Below are positions 15,548 to 24,360 of a DNA stretch of 32,000 nt, one piece after another. Both the position numbers and the translations under genes were made by a program. The notes under the pieces were generated by a model. It was given only the letters and a program-made list of their open reading frames with translations. It ran no database searches and had not been told where the DNA came from. Source of the DNA: Vibrio vulnificus CMCP6 (lineage in GTDB: Bacteria > Pseudomonadota > Gammaproteobacteria > Enterobacterales > Vibrionaceae); the NCBI RefSeq assembly GCF_000039765.1, contig NC_004459.3, positions 840,001 to 872,000 of the forward strand, in the 5' to 3' direction. Each line of letters begins with the position of its first letter. Position 1 is the stretch's first letter.

Positions 15548-15955
15548 ATGAAAAGACGCTATAGCAGTGACAGTAATGATGAAATGGCCATTGATATGAC
15601 CCCGATGCTCGACATCGTTTTCATCATGTTGATCTTCTTTATTGTAACAACGTCATTTGTAAAAGAAGCGGGTATCGATGTGAACCGCCCTAGTGCCAAC
15701 TCGGCACAAACCGTCGCCAAAGGCAACATCATGGTCGCGGTTGGCGCGGCGGGTGATGTCTGGATCGACAAGCGACGCGTCGAAGTCGATGCGGTCCGTG
15801 CCAACGTTGAACGCCTGCGTGCAGAAAGCCCAGATGGTGCAGTGGTCATCCAAGCGGATGAAGAAGCGAATGCTGGTGTGGTTGTAAAAGTGATGGATCA
15901 GATACGCATGGCTGGTGTAGCCAATATCTCCATCGCCGCGACCAACAAGGATTAA
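15548..15955 (+). CDS. exbD: ExbD/TolR-family protein
   Basis: The protein is 135 aa. It has a single N-terminal TM segment (MLDIVFIMLIFFIVTTSF) and a periplasmic domain typical of ExbD. It lies between exbB and tonB. Confidence 0.88.
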   Translation: MKRRYSSDSNDEMAIDMTPMLDIVFIMLIFFIVTTSFVKEAGIDVNRPSANSAQTVAKGNIMVAVGAAGDVWIDKRRVEVDAVRANVERLRAESPDGAVVIQADEEANAGVVVKVMDQIRMAGVANISIAATNKD

Positions 15956-15959
15956 GCTT

Positions 15960-16592
15960 ATGCGTTATCTGGCCTCAATTGCACTGGCGCTCGTTGTCTC
16001 CCTCGGATTGTTCTGGGGGATGGACAAGCTGGTAAATAAAGAGCGCCACGAACTGGCATCGAACGATGATCTGCGCATGGTGGATTTCATTCGAGTCAAA
16101 CCCGAAGAAAAAGTACAGGAGAAAAAACGCGAGCTACCCAAACCGCCACCACCGAAACGTCCACCACCACCGCCGGAGATGAAGATCACCTCCACAGTAA
16201 AACCGGTGATGGAACAGATCCCTATAGACATGCCCAAGCTGGATCTGCCCGTCAACATTACTGGTGGTTCCGTTCTTGGTCATTATTCCCAAGGTGGCGG
16301 GGCACAAGTAGCTGGCACTGGTGGTCCGATGCCATTAGCGACTTTCCAACCGCAAATGCCGCGTAAAGCCGCCAAAGCGGGATTGGAAAAAGGTTTGGTT
16401 GTTCTTGAGTTCACCGTCAACGAGCGTGGCGGGGTGGAAGACATCAAAGTTCTCAAAGAGGAACCTCGCCGCATGGATTTGGGTAAAGAAGCACGGAAAA
16501 CCGTGTCGAAATGGACCTTTAAACCCAAGATGGTCGATGGCAAACCTGTGAGCTCTCGTATGGCTCAAGAAATTGAGTTCTCGGTAAATTAA
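15960..16592 (+). CDS. tonB: TonB energy transducer (210 aa)
   Basis: It has an N-terminal anchor (IALALVVSLGLFWGM) and a proline-rich spacer (LPKPPPPKRPPPPPE). The C-terminal domain is TonB-like (...GLVVLEFTVNERGGVEDIKVLKEEP...). Confidence 0.88.
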   Translation: MRYLASIALALVVSLGLFWGMDKLVNKERHELASNDDLRMVDFIRVKPEEKVQEKKRELPKPPPPKRPPPPPEMKITSTVKPVMEQIPIDMPKLDLPVNITGGSVLGHYSQGGGAQVAGTGGPMPLATFQPQMPRKAAKAGLEKGLVVLEFTVNERGGVEDIKVLKEEPRRMDLGKEARKTVSKWTFKPKMVDGKPVSSRMAQEIEFSVN

Positions 16593-16602
16593 GGAGTCAA
16601 AC

Positions 16603-17820
16603 ATGATGAAATCATTCAAAAATGTCCTGGCTTCCCTCACCTTGATTGCTGGTGTGATACTCACACCAGCGCAAGCGAAAGAAGCTCCGGAACTGTCTGA
16701 CCGTACCTTCCGTACTGTGAATAAGGTGCAGGAACTGATCGCAACAGAGAAATACTCTGCGGCATTGGAAAAGCTCTCTGACGCGCTGGAAGGCACCACC
16801 AAAAAATACGATCGCGCGGTACTGCTGCAACAAACGGGCTTTTTGTACTCCCTCAAAGAGGATTACAAAAATGCGGCAAAATACTTCGCGGAATCGTTAA
16901 AACTGGAGGCTTTACCGGTTCCTGTGGCTCAGCAAGTGCGTTATAGCTTGGCCCAATTGTACCTTTCTGAAGAAAAGTACAAACAGTCGGTAGAGACGAT
17001 GAAAACGTGGTTTGAAATCGCCAAAACCACCGATGAAAAGCCTCAAGCCCATGCGTACATCACTCTCGCCAGTGCCTACGTTCAAATGGATGATTACAAA
17101 AACGCGATTGCACCTACCAAGCAAGCCATCGCAATGAGTAAGAATCCAAGTGAATCCTGGTATCTGCTGTTGATGGCATCGCACTACGAGCTGAAGCAAT
17201 TGAAAGAAGTGGTGGGCGTTTTAAAAATACTCACCACAAAATACCCAGAGAAAAAACGGTATTGGATGCAGTTGTCGGGAACCTATATGGAACTCAACCA
17301 AGAGCGCAATGCCCTTTCTGCACTCGAAATGGCTTACAAAATGGGGCTACTCGATGAAGAGAAAGAGTTTCTTCGCTTGGTGAATTTCTTAGCGTACCAA
17401 AACATCCCATACCGAGCGGCGAAAACGCTGCAAACGGAACTGGATAACGGCAATATCACGCGAAATCAGGACAATTTGGAGCGTTTAGCCAGTTTTTGGC
17501 AACAAGCAAAAGAACTGGATAAAGCGATCGACACTTATCAACAAGCGTATACTTTGGCCCCTACTGCCAAGAGCCAAATTCGCATCGCGCGTTTGATGCT
17601 TCAAGATAAGCAGTTTGATAAAGCGACCGAGTTTACTGGTACGCCAGCGGCTGATGCCAAATTGGATCAAAAAGCAGAGCTGGAATACGTTCGTGGCCTT
17701 GCTTACTTTGAACTGAAAGATTCTCAGCGTGCGTTACGCTCAATGCAAAGTGCTGCTCAGTCAGAAAAAATGCGCCAAGTGGTTAGCCCTTGGATCACAT
17801 ATCTGGCGGGTCAAGGATAA
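16603..17820 (+). CDS. ttpD: Periplasmic TPR-repeat protein closing the TonB cluster (TtpD-like)
   Basis: It has a signal peptide (MMKSFKNVLASLTLIAGVILTPAQA) and helical TPR-like repeats throughout. AAGGAG lies 6 nt upstream of the start. It is the last gene before a strong terminator. Confidence 0.7.
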   Translation: MMKSFKNVLASLTLIAGVILTPAQAKEAPELSDRTFRTVNKVQELIATEKYSAALEKLSDALEGTTKKYDRAVLLQQTGFLYSLKEDYKNAAKYFAESLKLEALPVPVAQQVRYSLAQLYLSEEKYKQSVETMKTWFEIAKTTDEKPQAHAYITLASAYVQMDDYKNAIAPTKQAIAMSKNPSESWYLLLMASHYELKQLKEVVGVLKILTTKYPEKKRYWMQLSGTYMELNQERNALSALEMAYKMGLLDEEKEFLRLVNFLAYQNIPYRAAKTLQTELDNGNITRNQDNLERLASFWQQAKELDKAIDTYQQAYTLAPTAKSQIRIARLMLQDKQFDKATEFTGTPAADAKLDQKAELEYVRGLAYFELKDSQRALRSMQSAAQSEKMRQVVSPWITYLAGQG

Positions 17821-17883
17821 CCAAACGTCTGAATTGTTAGCAATTCTGGCATCTGGTTAAGTGTGAGTCAGTCGCACGTGTCT

Positions 17884-17910
17884 GGGGAAGCTTGTCTTCC
17901 CCTTTTTTCT
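17884..17910 (+). terminator. Rho-independent terminator of the TonB operon
   Basis: The stem GGGGAAG / CTTCCCC has a 5-nt loop and is followed by TTTTTT (17903-17908). Confidence 0.88.
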
Positions 17911-18024
17911 TCTACACAACAGGCAAATCGCGTTCATTTTGGAGACAACTTCAACTGGCAACCACCCTCAGTTCGTGATACTCTTCGCCTCCATTTTTCT
18001 GGCCGAAAAGTCATCAACTGGTGA

Positions 18025-18729
<705 letters not shown>

Positions 18730-18856
18730 GACCCCAGAAAGCATTCTGTGGCACTAATAATACAACTCAAGGTACCTCAAGCTAGACACTGAGAACTGAG
18801 AGCCTGTATACTTTCTCGTCATTCAAAAAAATTTAGTTAACTAATTTGGAGTTCTC

Positions 18857-19129
18857 ATGGCACGCGTAACTGTTCAAGACGCTGTTGAAAAAGTTGGCAA
18901 CCGTTTCGACTTGGTTCTGATTGCGGCTCGCCGCGCTCGTCAAATGCAAACTGGCGGCAAAGATTCACTAGTGCCGGAAGAGAATGATAAGCCAACCGTT
19001 ATCGCTCTACGCGAAATCGAAGAAGGCCTTATCACTAAAGAAGTGCTTGATGCGCGTGAGCGTCAAGAGCAACAAGAACAAGAAGCAGCAGAACTAGCGG
19101 CCGTTAGCAGCATCGCTCGCAACCGTTAA
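18857..19129 (+). CDS. rpoZ: DNA-directed RNA polymerase subunit omega
   Basis: [31 protein letters not shown] matches the RpoZ N-terminus. GGAG lies upstream of the start. Confidence 0.97.
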   Translation: MARVTVQDAVEKVGNRFDLVLIAARRARQMQTGGKDSLVPEENDKPTVIALREIEEGLITKEVLDARERQEQQEQEAAELAAVSSIARNR

Positions 19130-19163
19130 TTCGCCTTAAAACACAACATCCCGGGCCCATAAT

Positions 19164-21284
19164 TTGTATCTATTCGATAGCCTCAAAGACGTTGCCCAAG
19201 AATACCTTACAGAGCCTCAACTTGAGGCTCTGCGTCAATCTTATGTGGTAGCGCGAGATGCCCATGAAGGGCAAACCCGCTCAAGCGGTGAACCGTATAT
19301 CATCCACCCAGTCGCGGTGGCGCGCATTCTGGCCGACATGCGCCTGGATGTTGAAACTCTACAAGCAGCGTTACTCCACGACGTCATCGAAGATTGTGAC
19401 GTCAGCAAAGAAGATCTCGAAGCGCAATTTGGCCATACGGTGGCAGAGTTGGTTGATGGGGTTTCCAAGCTGGATAAGCTGAAATTTCGCGATCGCAAAG
19501 AAGCACAAGCGGAAAACTTCCGCAAAATGGTGCTGGCGATGGTACAAGATATTCGCGTTATCCTGATCAAACTGGCCGACCGTACTCATAACATGCGTAC
19601 CTTGGGCGCACTTCGCCCAGATAAAAAACGCCGAATTGCCCGCGAAACCCTCGAAATCTATTCACCTTTGGCTCATCGCCTTGGTATCCACAATATTAAA
19701 ACCGAATTGGAAGAGCTCGGCTTTGAAGCCCTCTACCCCAATCGCTACCGCGTATTAAAAGAGGTGGTGAAATCGGCGCGTGGTAACCGCAAAGAGATGA
19801 TCCAACGTATCCACAGTGAAATTGAAGGCCGCTTGCAAGAAGTGGGCTTACAAGCGCGCGTCTTAGGTCGTGAAAAAAATCTTTTCTCCATCTACAACAA
19901 GATGAAAACCAAAGAGCAGCGCTTTCACACCATCATGGATATTTACGCGTTTCGTGTCGTGGTCGATACCGCCGACACCTGCTATCGCGTACTCGGGCAG
20001 GTGCACAGCTTGTACAAGCCTCGTCCTGGTCGTATGAAAGATTACATCGCGGTCCCCAAAGCCAACGGCTACCAATCGCTGCATACCTCGATGGTGGGTC
20101 CTCATGGCGTCCCGGTGGAAGTGCAAATCCGCACCGAAGACATGGATCAAATGGCGGACAAAGGGGTTGCGGCTCATTGGTCTTATAAAGGCAATGGCGA
20201 ACGCACTGGCACTACGGCGCAAGTGAAGGCGCAGCGCTGGATGCAAAGCTTGCTGGAACTTCAGCAAAGCGCGGGTAACTCCTTCGAATTCATTGAGAAC
20301 GTAAAATCGGATCTCTTCCCGGATGAGATTTACGTCTTCACACCGAAAGGCCGCATTGTTGAACTGCCTGTTGGGGCGACGGCGGTGGATTTTGCCTACG
20401 CCGTGCATACCGATGTTGGTAATACCTGCGTTGGTGCACGTGTCGATCGCAATCCATACCCACTGAGCAAAGCGCTGAAAAATGGCCAAACCATTGAAAT
20501 CATCAGTGCGCCAGGCGCCCGTCCTAACGCAGCTTGGCTCAACTATGTGGTGACTTCTCGTGCGCGCACTAAGATTCGCCAAGTGCTGAAAACCATGCGT
20601 CGTGAAGAGTCGATTACTCTTGGTCGCCGTTTGTTGAATCATGCGCTCGGTGAGCACTCACTTGCCGACATCAGCCCAGAAAATCTCAACCATGTCTTGA
20701 GCGATCTCAAAATCCAATCTTTGGATGATCTGCTTGCGGCCATCGGCTTGGGTGAGCGTATGAGTATCGTGATTGCTCGCCGTTTGTTAGGTGATGCAGA
20801 CGAGCTCACAGAACTGCGTTCAAACGACAGCAAAACCAAGAAGAAGCTGCCAATTCGTGGCTCAGAAGGGTTACTGCTGACGTTTGCCAACTGTTGTCAT
20901 CCAATCCCAGATGATCACATCATTGCCCATGTTTCACCGGGCAGAGGCTTGGTGGTTCACCGTGAGACCTGTCCAAACGTACGTGGCTACCAACGCGAGC
21001 CCGATAAGTACATGGCGGTGGCTTGGTCAGACGATTACGATCAAGAGTTCATCGCGGAACTTAAAGTCGATATGCTCAACCATCAAGGTGCTTTGGCAGA
21101 ACTGACTAACGTGATTTCCAAAACGGGTTCAAACATCCATGGCTTATCGACTGAAGAGCGTGATGGCCGTTTGTATACTGTGACGGTGCTGCTGACCACC
21201 AAAGATCGCGTGCATCTTGCGGGCATCATGAAGAAGATTCGCGTCATGCCATCTTGTTCACGCGTGCGTCGTCGCAAGAACTGA
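19164..21284 (+). CDS. spoT: Bifunctional (p)ppGpp synthetase II / pyrophosphohydrolase
   Basis: MYLFDSLKD...ARDAHEGQTRSSGEPYIIHPVAVA...LLHDVIED (HD domain) is colinear with E. coli SpoT. The TTG start is at the same position as the TTG start I recall for E. coli spoT. Confidence 0.97.
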   Translation: MYLFDSLKDVAQEYLTEPQLEALRQSYVVARDAHEGQTRSSGEPYIIHPVAVARILADMRLDVETLQAALLHDVIEDCDVSKEDLEAQFGHTVAELVDGVSKLDKLKFRDRKEAQAENFRKMVLAMVQDIRVILIKLADRTHNMRTLGALRPDKKRRIARETLEIYSPLAHRLGIHNIKTELEELGFEALYPNRYRVLKEVVKSARGNRKEMIQRIHSEIEGRLQEVGLQARVLGREKNLFSIYNKMKTKEQRFHTIMDIYAFRVVVDTADTCYRVLGQVHSLYKPRPGRMKDYIAVPKANGYQSLHTSMVGPHGVPVEVQIRTEDMDQMADKGVAAHWSYKGNGERTGTTAQVKAQRWMQSLLELQQSAGNSFEFIENVKSDLFPDEIYVFTPKGRIVELPVGATAVDFAYAVHTDVGNTCVGARVDRNPYPLSKALKNGQTIEIISAPGARPNAAWLNYVVTSRARTKIRQVLKTMRREESITLGRRLLNHALGEHSLADISPENLNHVLSDLKIQSLDDLLAAIGLGERMSIVIARRLLGDADELTELRSNDSKTKKKLPIRGSEGLLLTFANCCHPIPDDHIIAHVSPGRGLVVHRETCPNVRGYQREPDKYMAVAWSDDYDQEFIAELKVDMLNHQGALAELTNVISKTGSNIHGLSTEERDGRLYTVTVLLTTKDRVHLAGIMKKIRVMPSCSRVRRRKN

Positions 21285-21309
21285 TCTCCGCATTCGATCG
21301 CTTTTCATC

Positions 21310-21345
21310 GCCCTTGAAATCAAGGTTTCAAGGGCTTTTTATTTT
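21310..21345 (+). terminator. Rho-independent terminator directly after spoT
   Basis: A 10-bp stem GCCCTTGAAA / TTTCAAGGGC (21310-21319 with 21326-21335) has a 6-nt loop and is followed by TTTTTATTTTT. Confidence 0.85.
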
Positions 21346-21371
21346 TATCAGAAAGCCAAATTCAAAATGTT

Positions 21372-22058
21372 ATGAATGAAGAACGTTATCAGAGAATCCA
21401 ACAAGTTTTAAAAGCACGTCAAACCGATCTCACCCTGTGCCTTGAAGAAGTGCATAAACCCAATAATGTGTCAGCAATGATCCGCACTGCCGATGCCACG
21501 GGATTGCACAAAGTGCATGCTGTGTGGCCCACCGAGCAGATGAAGACATTGAAAAACACCTCTGCCGGTGCAAGAAACTGGGTGGAAGTGGATACGCATG
21601 ATTCCATCGCAGACGCCGTGAGCGCTTTAAAAGCACAAGGGATGCAAGTGTTGGTGACCAACCTCTCTGATAGCGCCGTCGATTTTCGCCAAATCGATTA
21701 CACCCAACCGACCGCCATCATTTTGGGCAGCGAAAAGATTGGCGTTTCCGAGCAAGCCAAGGCACTGGCGGATCAAGACATCATGATTCCTATGGTGGGC
21801 ATGGTGCAATCACTCAACGTTTCTGTGGCTTGCGCGGTGATTCTGTATGAAGCGCAGCGCCAACGTGAAGCCGCGGGTATGTACCAAAACGACGAAAGCT
21901 CAATTGATGCCGAAACCATCAACCGCATTTTGTTTGAGCGTGGCCACCCGGTGTTGGCCAAAGTCGCCAAACGCAAAGGACTCGCTTACCCACCACTGGA
22001 TGATGCCGGACAAATTGTTGCGGATCCTGACTGGTGGGCAGACATGCAAAAGAAATAG
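21372..22058 (+). CDS. trmH: tRNA (guanosine(18)-2'-O)-methyltransferase
   Basis: The motifs ...VHKPNNVSAMIRTADA...IPMVGMVQSLNVSVACAVILYEAQRQR...PVLAKVAKRKGL are colinear with E. coli TrmH (SpoU). Confidence 0.93.
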   Translation: MNEERYQRIQQVLKARQTDLTLCLEEVHKPNNVSAMIRTADATGLHKVHAVWPTEQMKTLKNTSAGARNWVEVDTHDSIADAVSALKAQGMQVLVTNLSDSAVDFRQIDYTQPTAIILGSEKIGVSEQAKALADQDIMIPMVGMVQSLNVSVACAVILYEAQRQREAAGMYQNDESSIDAETINRILFERGHPVLAKVAKRKGLAYPPLDDAGQIVADPDWWADMQKK

Positions 22059-22061
22059 TCG

Positions 22062-22093
22062 TTATCTAGTTATCTAGTTTTCTAGTTTTCTAG
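22062..22093 (+). repeat. Four tandem 8-bp units TTATCTAG TTATCTAG TTTTCTAG TTTTCTAG
   Basis: The array was read directly. It starts 4 nt after the trmH stop, and each unit carries a CTAG. Confidence 0.9.
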
Positions 22094-22106
22094 TGCCTAT
22101 TTTTTC

Positions 22107-22122
22107 CTGTACAAAAACACAG
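22107..22122. promoter_or_regulatory. LexA (SOS) box-like palindrome CTGT-N8-ACAG upstream of recG
   Basis: CTGTACAAAAACACAG has both 4-nt arms exact and an A-rich centre. It matches the 20-mer TACTGTATATATATACAGTA at 13 of 20 positions. It ends 47 nt upstream of the recG ATG. Confidence 0.45.
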
Positions 22123-22169
22123 CCTAATGGTTAACATAACGCTATGTTTATCATTGTCTTGAGGCCAAT

Positions 22170-24251
22170 ATGTCTGCCCAACTGTTATCTGCTATCCCCC
22201 TCACATCCCTCAGTGGGGTCGGTGCTAAGGTGGCTGAAAAACTGGAGAAAATTGGCCTAAGCAGCGTGCAAGACCTGCTGTTTCACTTGCCACTTCGTTA
22301 CGAAGACCGCACCCGCATCTACCCGATTGCCAAATTGCATGCTGGATTGTGGGCCGCTGTGCAGGGCCATGTGATGCAAGTGGATACCTTGTTTGGTAAA
22401 CGCAAGATGTTGACGGTGAAGCTCAGCGACGGGAATGGCACCATCACGTTGCGTTTTTTCAACTTTACCGCGGCAATGAAAAACAATTTTGCTGAAGGTA
22501 AGTTAGTACACGCTTACGGCGAAATTAAGCGCGGTAATATGGGGCTGGAGATCGTTCACCCAGACTACAAGTTTTTCGCCCCAACGCAGAAGCCCGATGT
22601 GGAACAGAGCTTAACGCCTGTTTATCCTACCACCGATGGCTTAAGGCAAATCACGCTACGTAACCTCACAGACCAAGCCATCGCCCTGCTCGATAAAGCC
22701 GCGGTTCAAGAGTTACTGCCTGCCGGGTTGTATGACCAACAACTGACCATGGGGCAAGCGCTGCACATTATCCATCGTCCTTCGCCGGAGATTAATCTGG
22801 AACTGTTCGACGAAGGGAAGCACCCTGCCCAAGTTCGCTTAATTATGGAAGAGTTGCTGGCTCAGAACTTATCCATGCTCGCCGTGCGCAGCAAAGGTCA
22901 GCAAGATGTCGCGCTGCCACTTCCCCCCGTCCACCAGCTTAAACAACAGCTGTTAGCCCAACTGCCTTTTTCACCGACCAATGCCCAAGCGCGAGTGGTG
23001 CAAGAGATTGAAGAAGATTTGCAAAAAGCGCATCCGATGATGCGTTTGGTGCAAGGGGATGTCGGCTCGGGTAAAACCTTAGTGGCAGCCTTGGCCGCGG
23101 TACGCGCTATCGAACATGGCTACCAAGTGGCGCTGATGGCGCCCACCGAATTGCTGGCCGAGCAGCACGCGATCAACTTCGCCAATTGGTTTGAAAAAAT
23201 GGGCATTCCCGTTGGCTGGCTCGCAGGCAAGCTCAAAGGTAAAGCCAAAGAAGCCGAATTAGCCCGCATTGCCAGTGGCGAAGCGAAAATGGTGGTCGGG
23301 ACACATGCGCTGTTCCAAGAACACGTGGTGTTTGACCATCTTGCTCTTGTGATCATTGATGAACAGCACCGCTTTGGCGTGCATCAACGCTTGGAACTGC
23401 GCGAAAAAGGCGCCAAACAAGGCGCTTACCCACATCAACTGATCATGACTGCTACTCCGATCCCTCGCACATTGGCCATGACCGCTTATGCCGATTTGGA
23501 AACATCGGTGATCGACGAGTTACCGCCGGGACGAACCCCTATCCAAACCGTCGCGATTCCCGACACCAAACGCGAGGACATTGTCGAGCGCATTCGTCAT
23601 GCCTGCCTCAATGAGGGTAAGCAGGCGTATTGGGTCTGTACCCTGATTGATGAATCGGAAGTATTGGAAGCCCAAGCGGCAGCAGACACTGCCGAAGAGC
23701 TGCAACGTAAATTGCCTGATGTGCGCATTGGTTTGGTGCATGGCCGAATGAAACCGGCTGAAAAACAAGCGGTGATGCAAGCGTTCAAAAACAATGAATT
23801 GCATCTTTTGGTGGCCACCACAGTGATCGAAGTCGGGGTCGATGTGCCCAACGCCAGCTTGATGATCATCGAAAACCCCGAGCGCTTGGGTCTCGCACAA
23901 TTGCACCAGTTGCGCGGTCGCGTCGGTCGAGGCTCGGTAGCAAGCCACTGCGTATTGCTCTATCACGCTCCGCTGTCCAAAACAGCGCAAAAGCGCCTCT
24001 CGGTATTGCGCGAAAGTAACGATGGTTTCGTCATTGCTCAGCGCGATCTTGAGATCCGTGGGCCAGGTGAGTTGCTCGGCACCAAACAAACCGGCCTAGC
24101 GGATTTCAAAATTGCCGATCTCGTCCGCGACCAGCGCCTTATCCCCGAAGTTCAGCGCGCTGCACGCTACATTCACCACAATTACCCACAAAATGCCGCC
24201 GCGATTATTGAACGCTGGTTGGGCGAGCGTGATATTTATTCTAAGGCGTGA
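22170..24251 (+). CDS. recG: ATP-dependent DNA helicase RecG
   Basis: The protein is 693 aa. It has a wedge domain, then helicase motifs (GDVGSGKT, DEQHRFG, TATPIPRT, QLHQLRGRVGRG). GAGG lies 5 nt upstream of the start. Confidence 0.96.
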   Translation: MSAQLLSAIPLTSLSGVGAKVAEKLEKIGLSSVQDLLFHLPLRYEDRTRIYPIAKLHAGLWAAVQGHVMQVDTLFGKRKMLTVKLSDGNGTITLRFFNFTAAMKNNFAEGKLVHAYGEIKRGNMGLEIVHPDYKFFAPTQKPDVEQSLTPVYPTTDGLRQITLRNLTDQAIALLDKAAVQELLPAGLYDQQLTMGQALHIIHRPSPEINLELFDEGKHPAQVRLIMEELLAQNLSMLAVRSKGQQDVALPLPPVHQLKQQLLAQLPFSPTNAQARVVQEIEEDLQKAHPMMRLVQGDVGSGKTLVAALAAVRAIEHGYQVALMAPTELLAEQHAINFANWFEKMGIPVGWLAGKLKGKAKEAELARIASGEAKMVVGTHALFQEHVVFDHLALVIIDEQHRFGVHQRLELREKGAKQGAYPHQLIMTATPIPRTLAMTAYADLETSVIDELPPGRTPIQTVAIPDTKREDIVERIRHACLNEGKQAYWVCTLIDESEVLEAQAAADTAEELQRKLPDVRIGLVHGRMKPAEKQAVMQAFKNNELHLLVATTVIEVGVDVPNASLMIIENPERLGLAQLHQLRGRVGRGSVASHCVLLYHAPLSKTAQKRLSVLRESNDGFVIAQRDLEIRGPGELLGTKQTGLADFKIADLVRDQRLIPEVQRAARYIHHNYPQNAAAIIERWLGERDIYSKA

Positions 24252-24267
24252 TCCACGCCTTTCATTG
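24243..24267 (+). terminator. Weak terminator-like hairpin overlapping the recG stop codon
   Basis: AAGGCGTG / CACGCCTT (24243-24250 with 24254-24261) has a 3-nt loop and the tail TCATTG. The U-tract is poor. Confidence 0.35.
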
Positions 24268-24322
24268 ACCATCTTCTCTTCGCTCCCTGTCGAATCCATC
24301 ATCCTGTTTAGTCAATAGAAAA

Positions 24323-24338
24323 TAGCAAACGATTGCTT
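24323..24338. promoter_or_regulatory. PurR-box-like operator TAGCAAACGATTGCTT
   Basis: It matches the core of the pur operator consensus as I recall it (AcGCAAACGTTTgCgT). GCAAACG and TTGC are intact with one central mismatch. It overlaps the -35 of the candidate xanP promoter. Confidence 0.5.
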
Positions 24339-24360
24339 TTTAGAATAATCGCCCTATAAT
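24333..24360 (+). promoter_or_regulatory. Candidate sigma70 promoter of xanP
   Basis: TTGCTT (24333-24338), a 16-nt spacer and a perfect TATAAT (24355-24360) form the candidate. It implies a 5' leader of roughly 140 nt. Confidence 0.5.

Noticed and set aside
1418-17820. Genomic island or mobile element interpretation of the transport gene block
   Set aside because: There is no integrase, transposase, phage or conjugation gene, no tRNA attachment site, and no flanking direct or inverted repeats that I can see. Coding regions do not look compositionally foreign by eye. The block is treated as a variable cargo interval, not a mobile element.
19863-20657. Long antisense ORFs inside well-supported genes: 19863..20657 in spoT, 23520..24089 in recG, 30330..30944 in tex, 10071..10601 in the receptor gene, and 16335..16856 across tonB and ttpD
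   Set aside because: Each lies opposite a gene whose product aligns end to end with a known family. Their translations are Arg/His/low-complexity rich, which is typical of antisense frames in moderately GC-rich coding DNA. None has a visible RBS.
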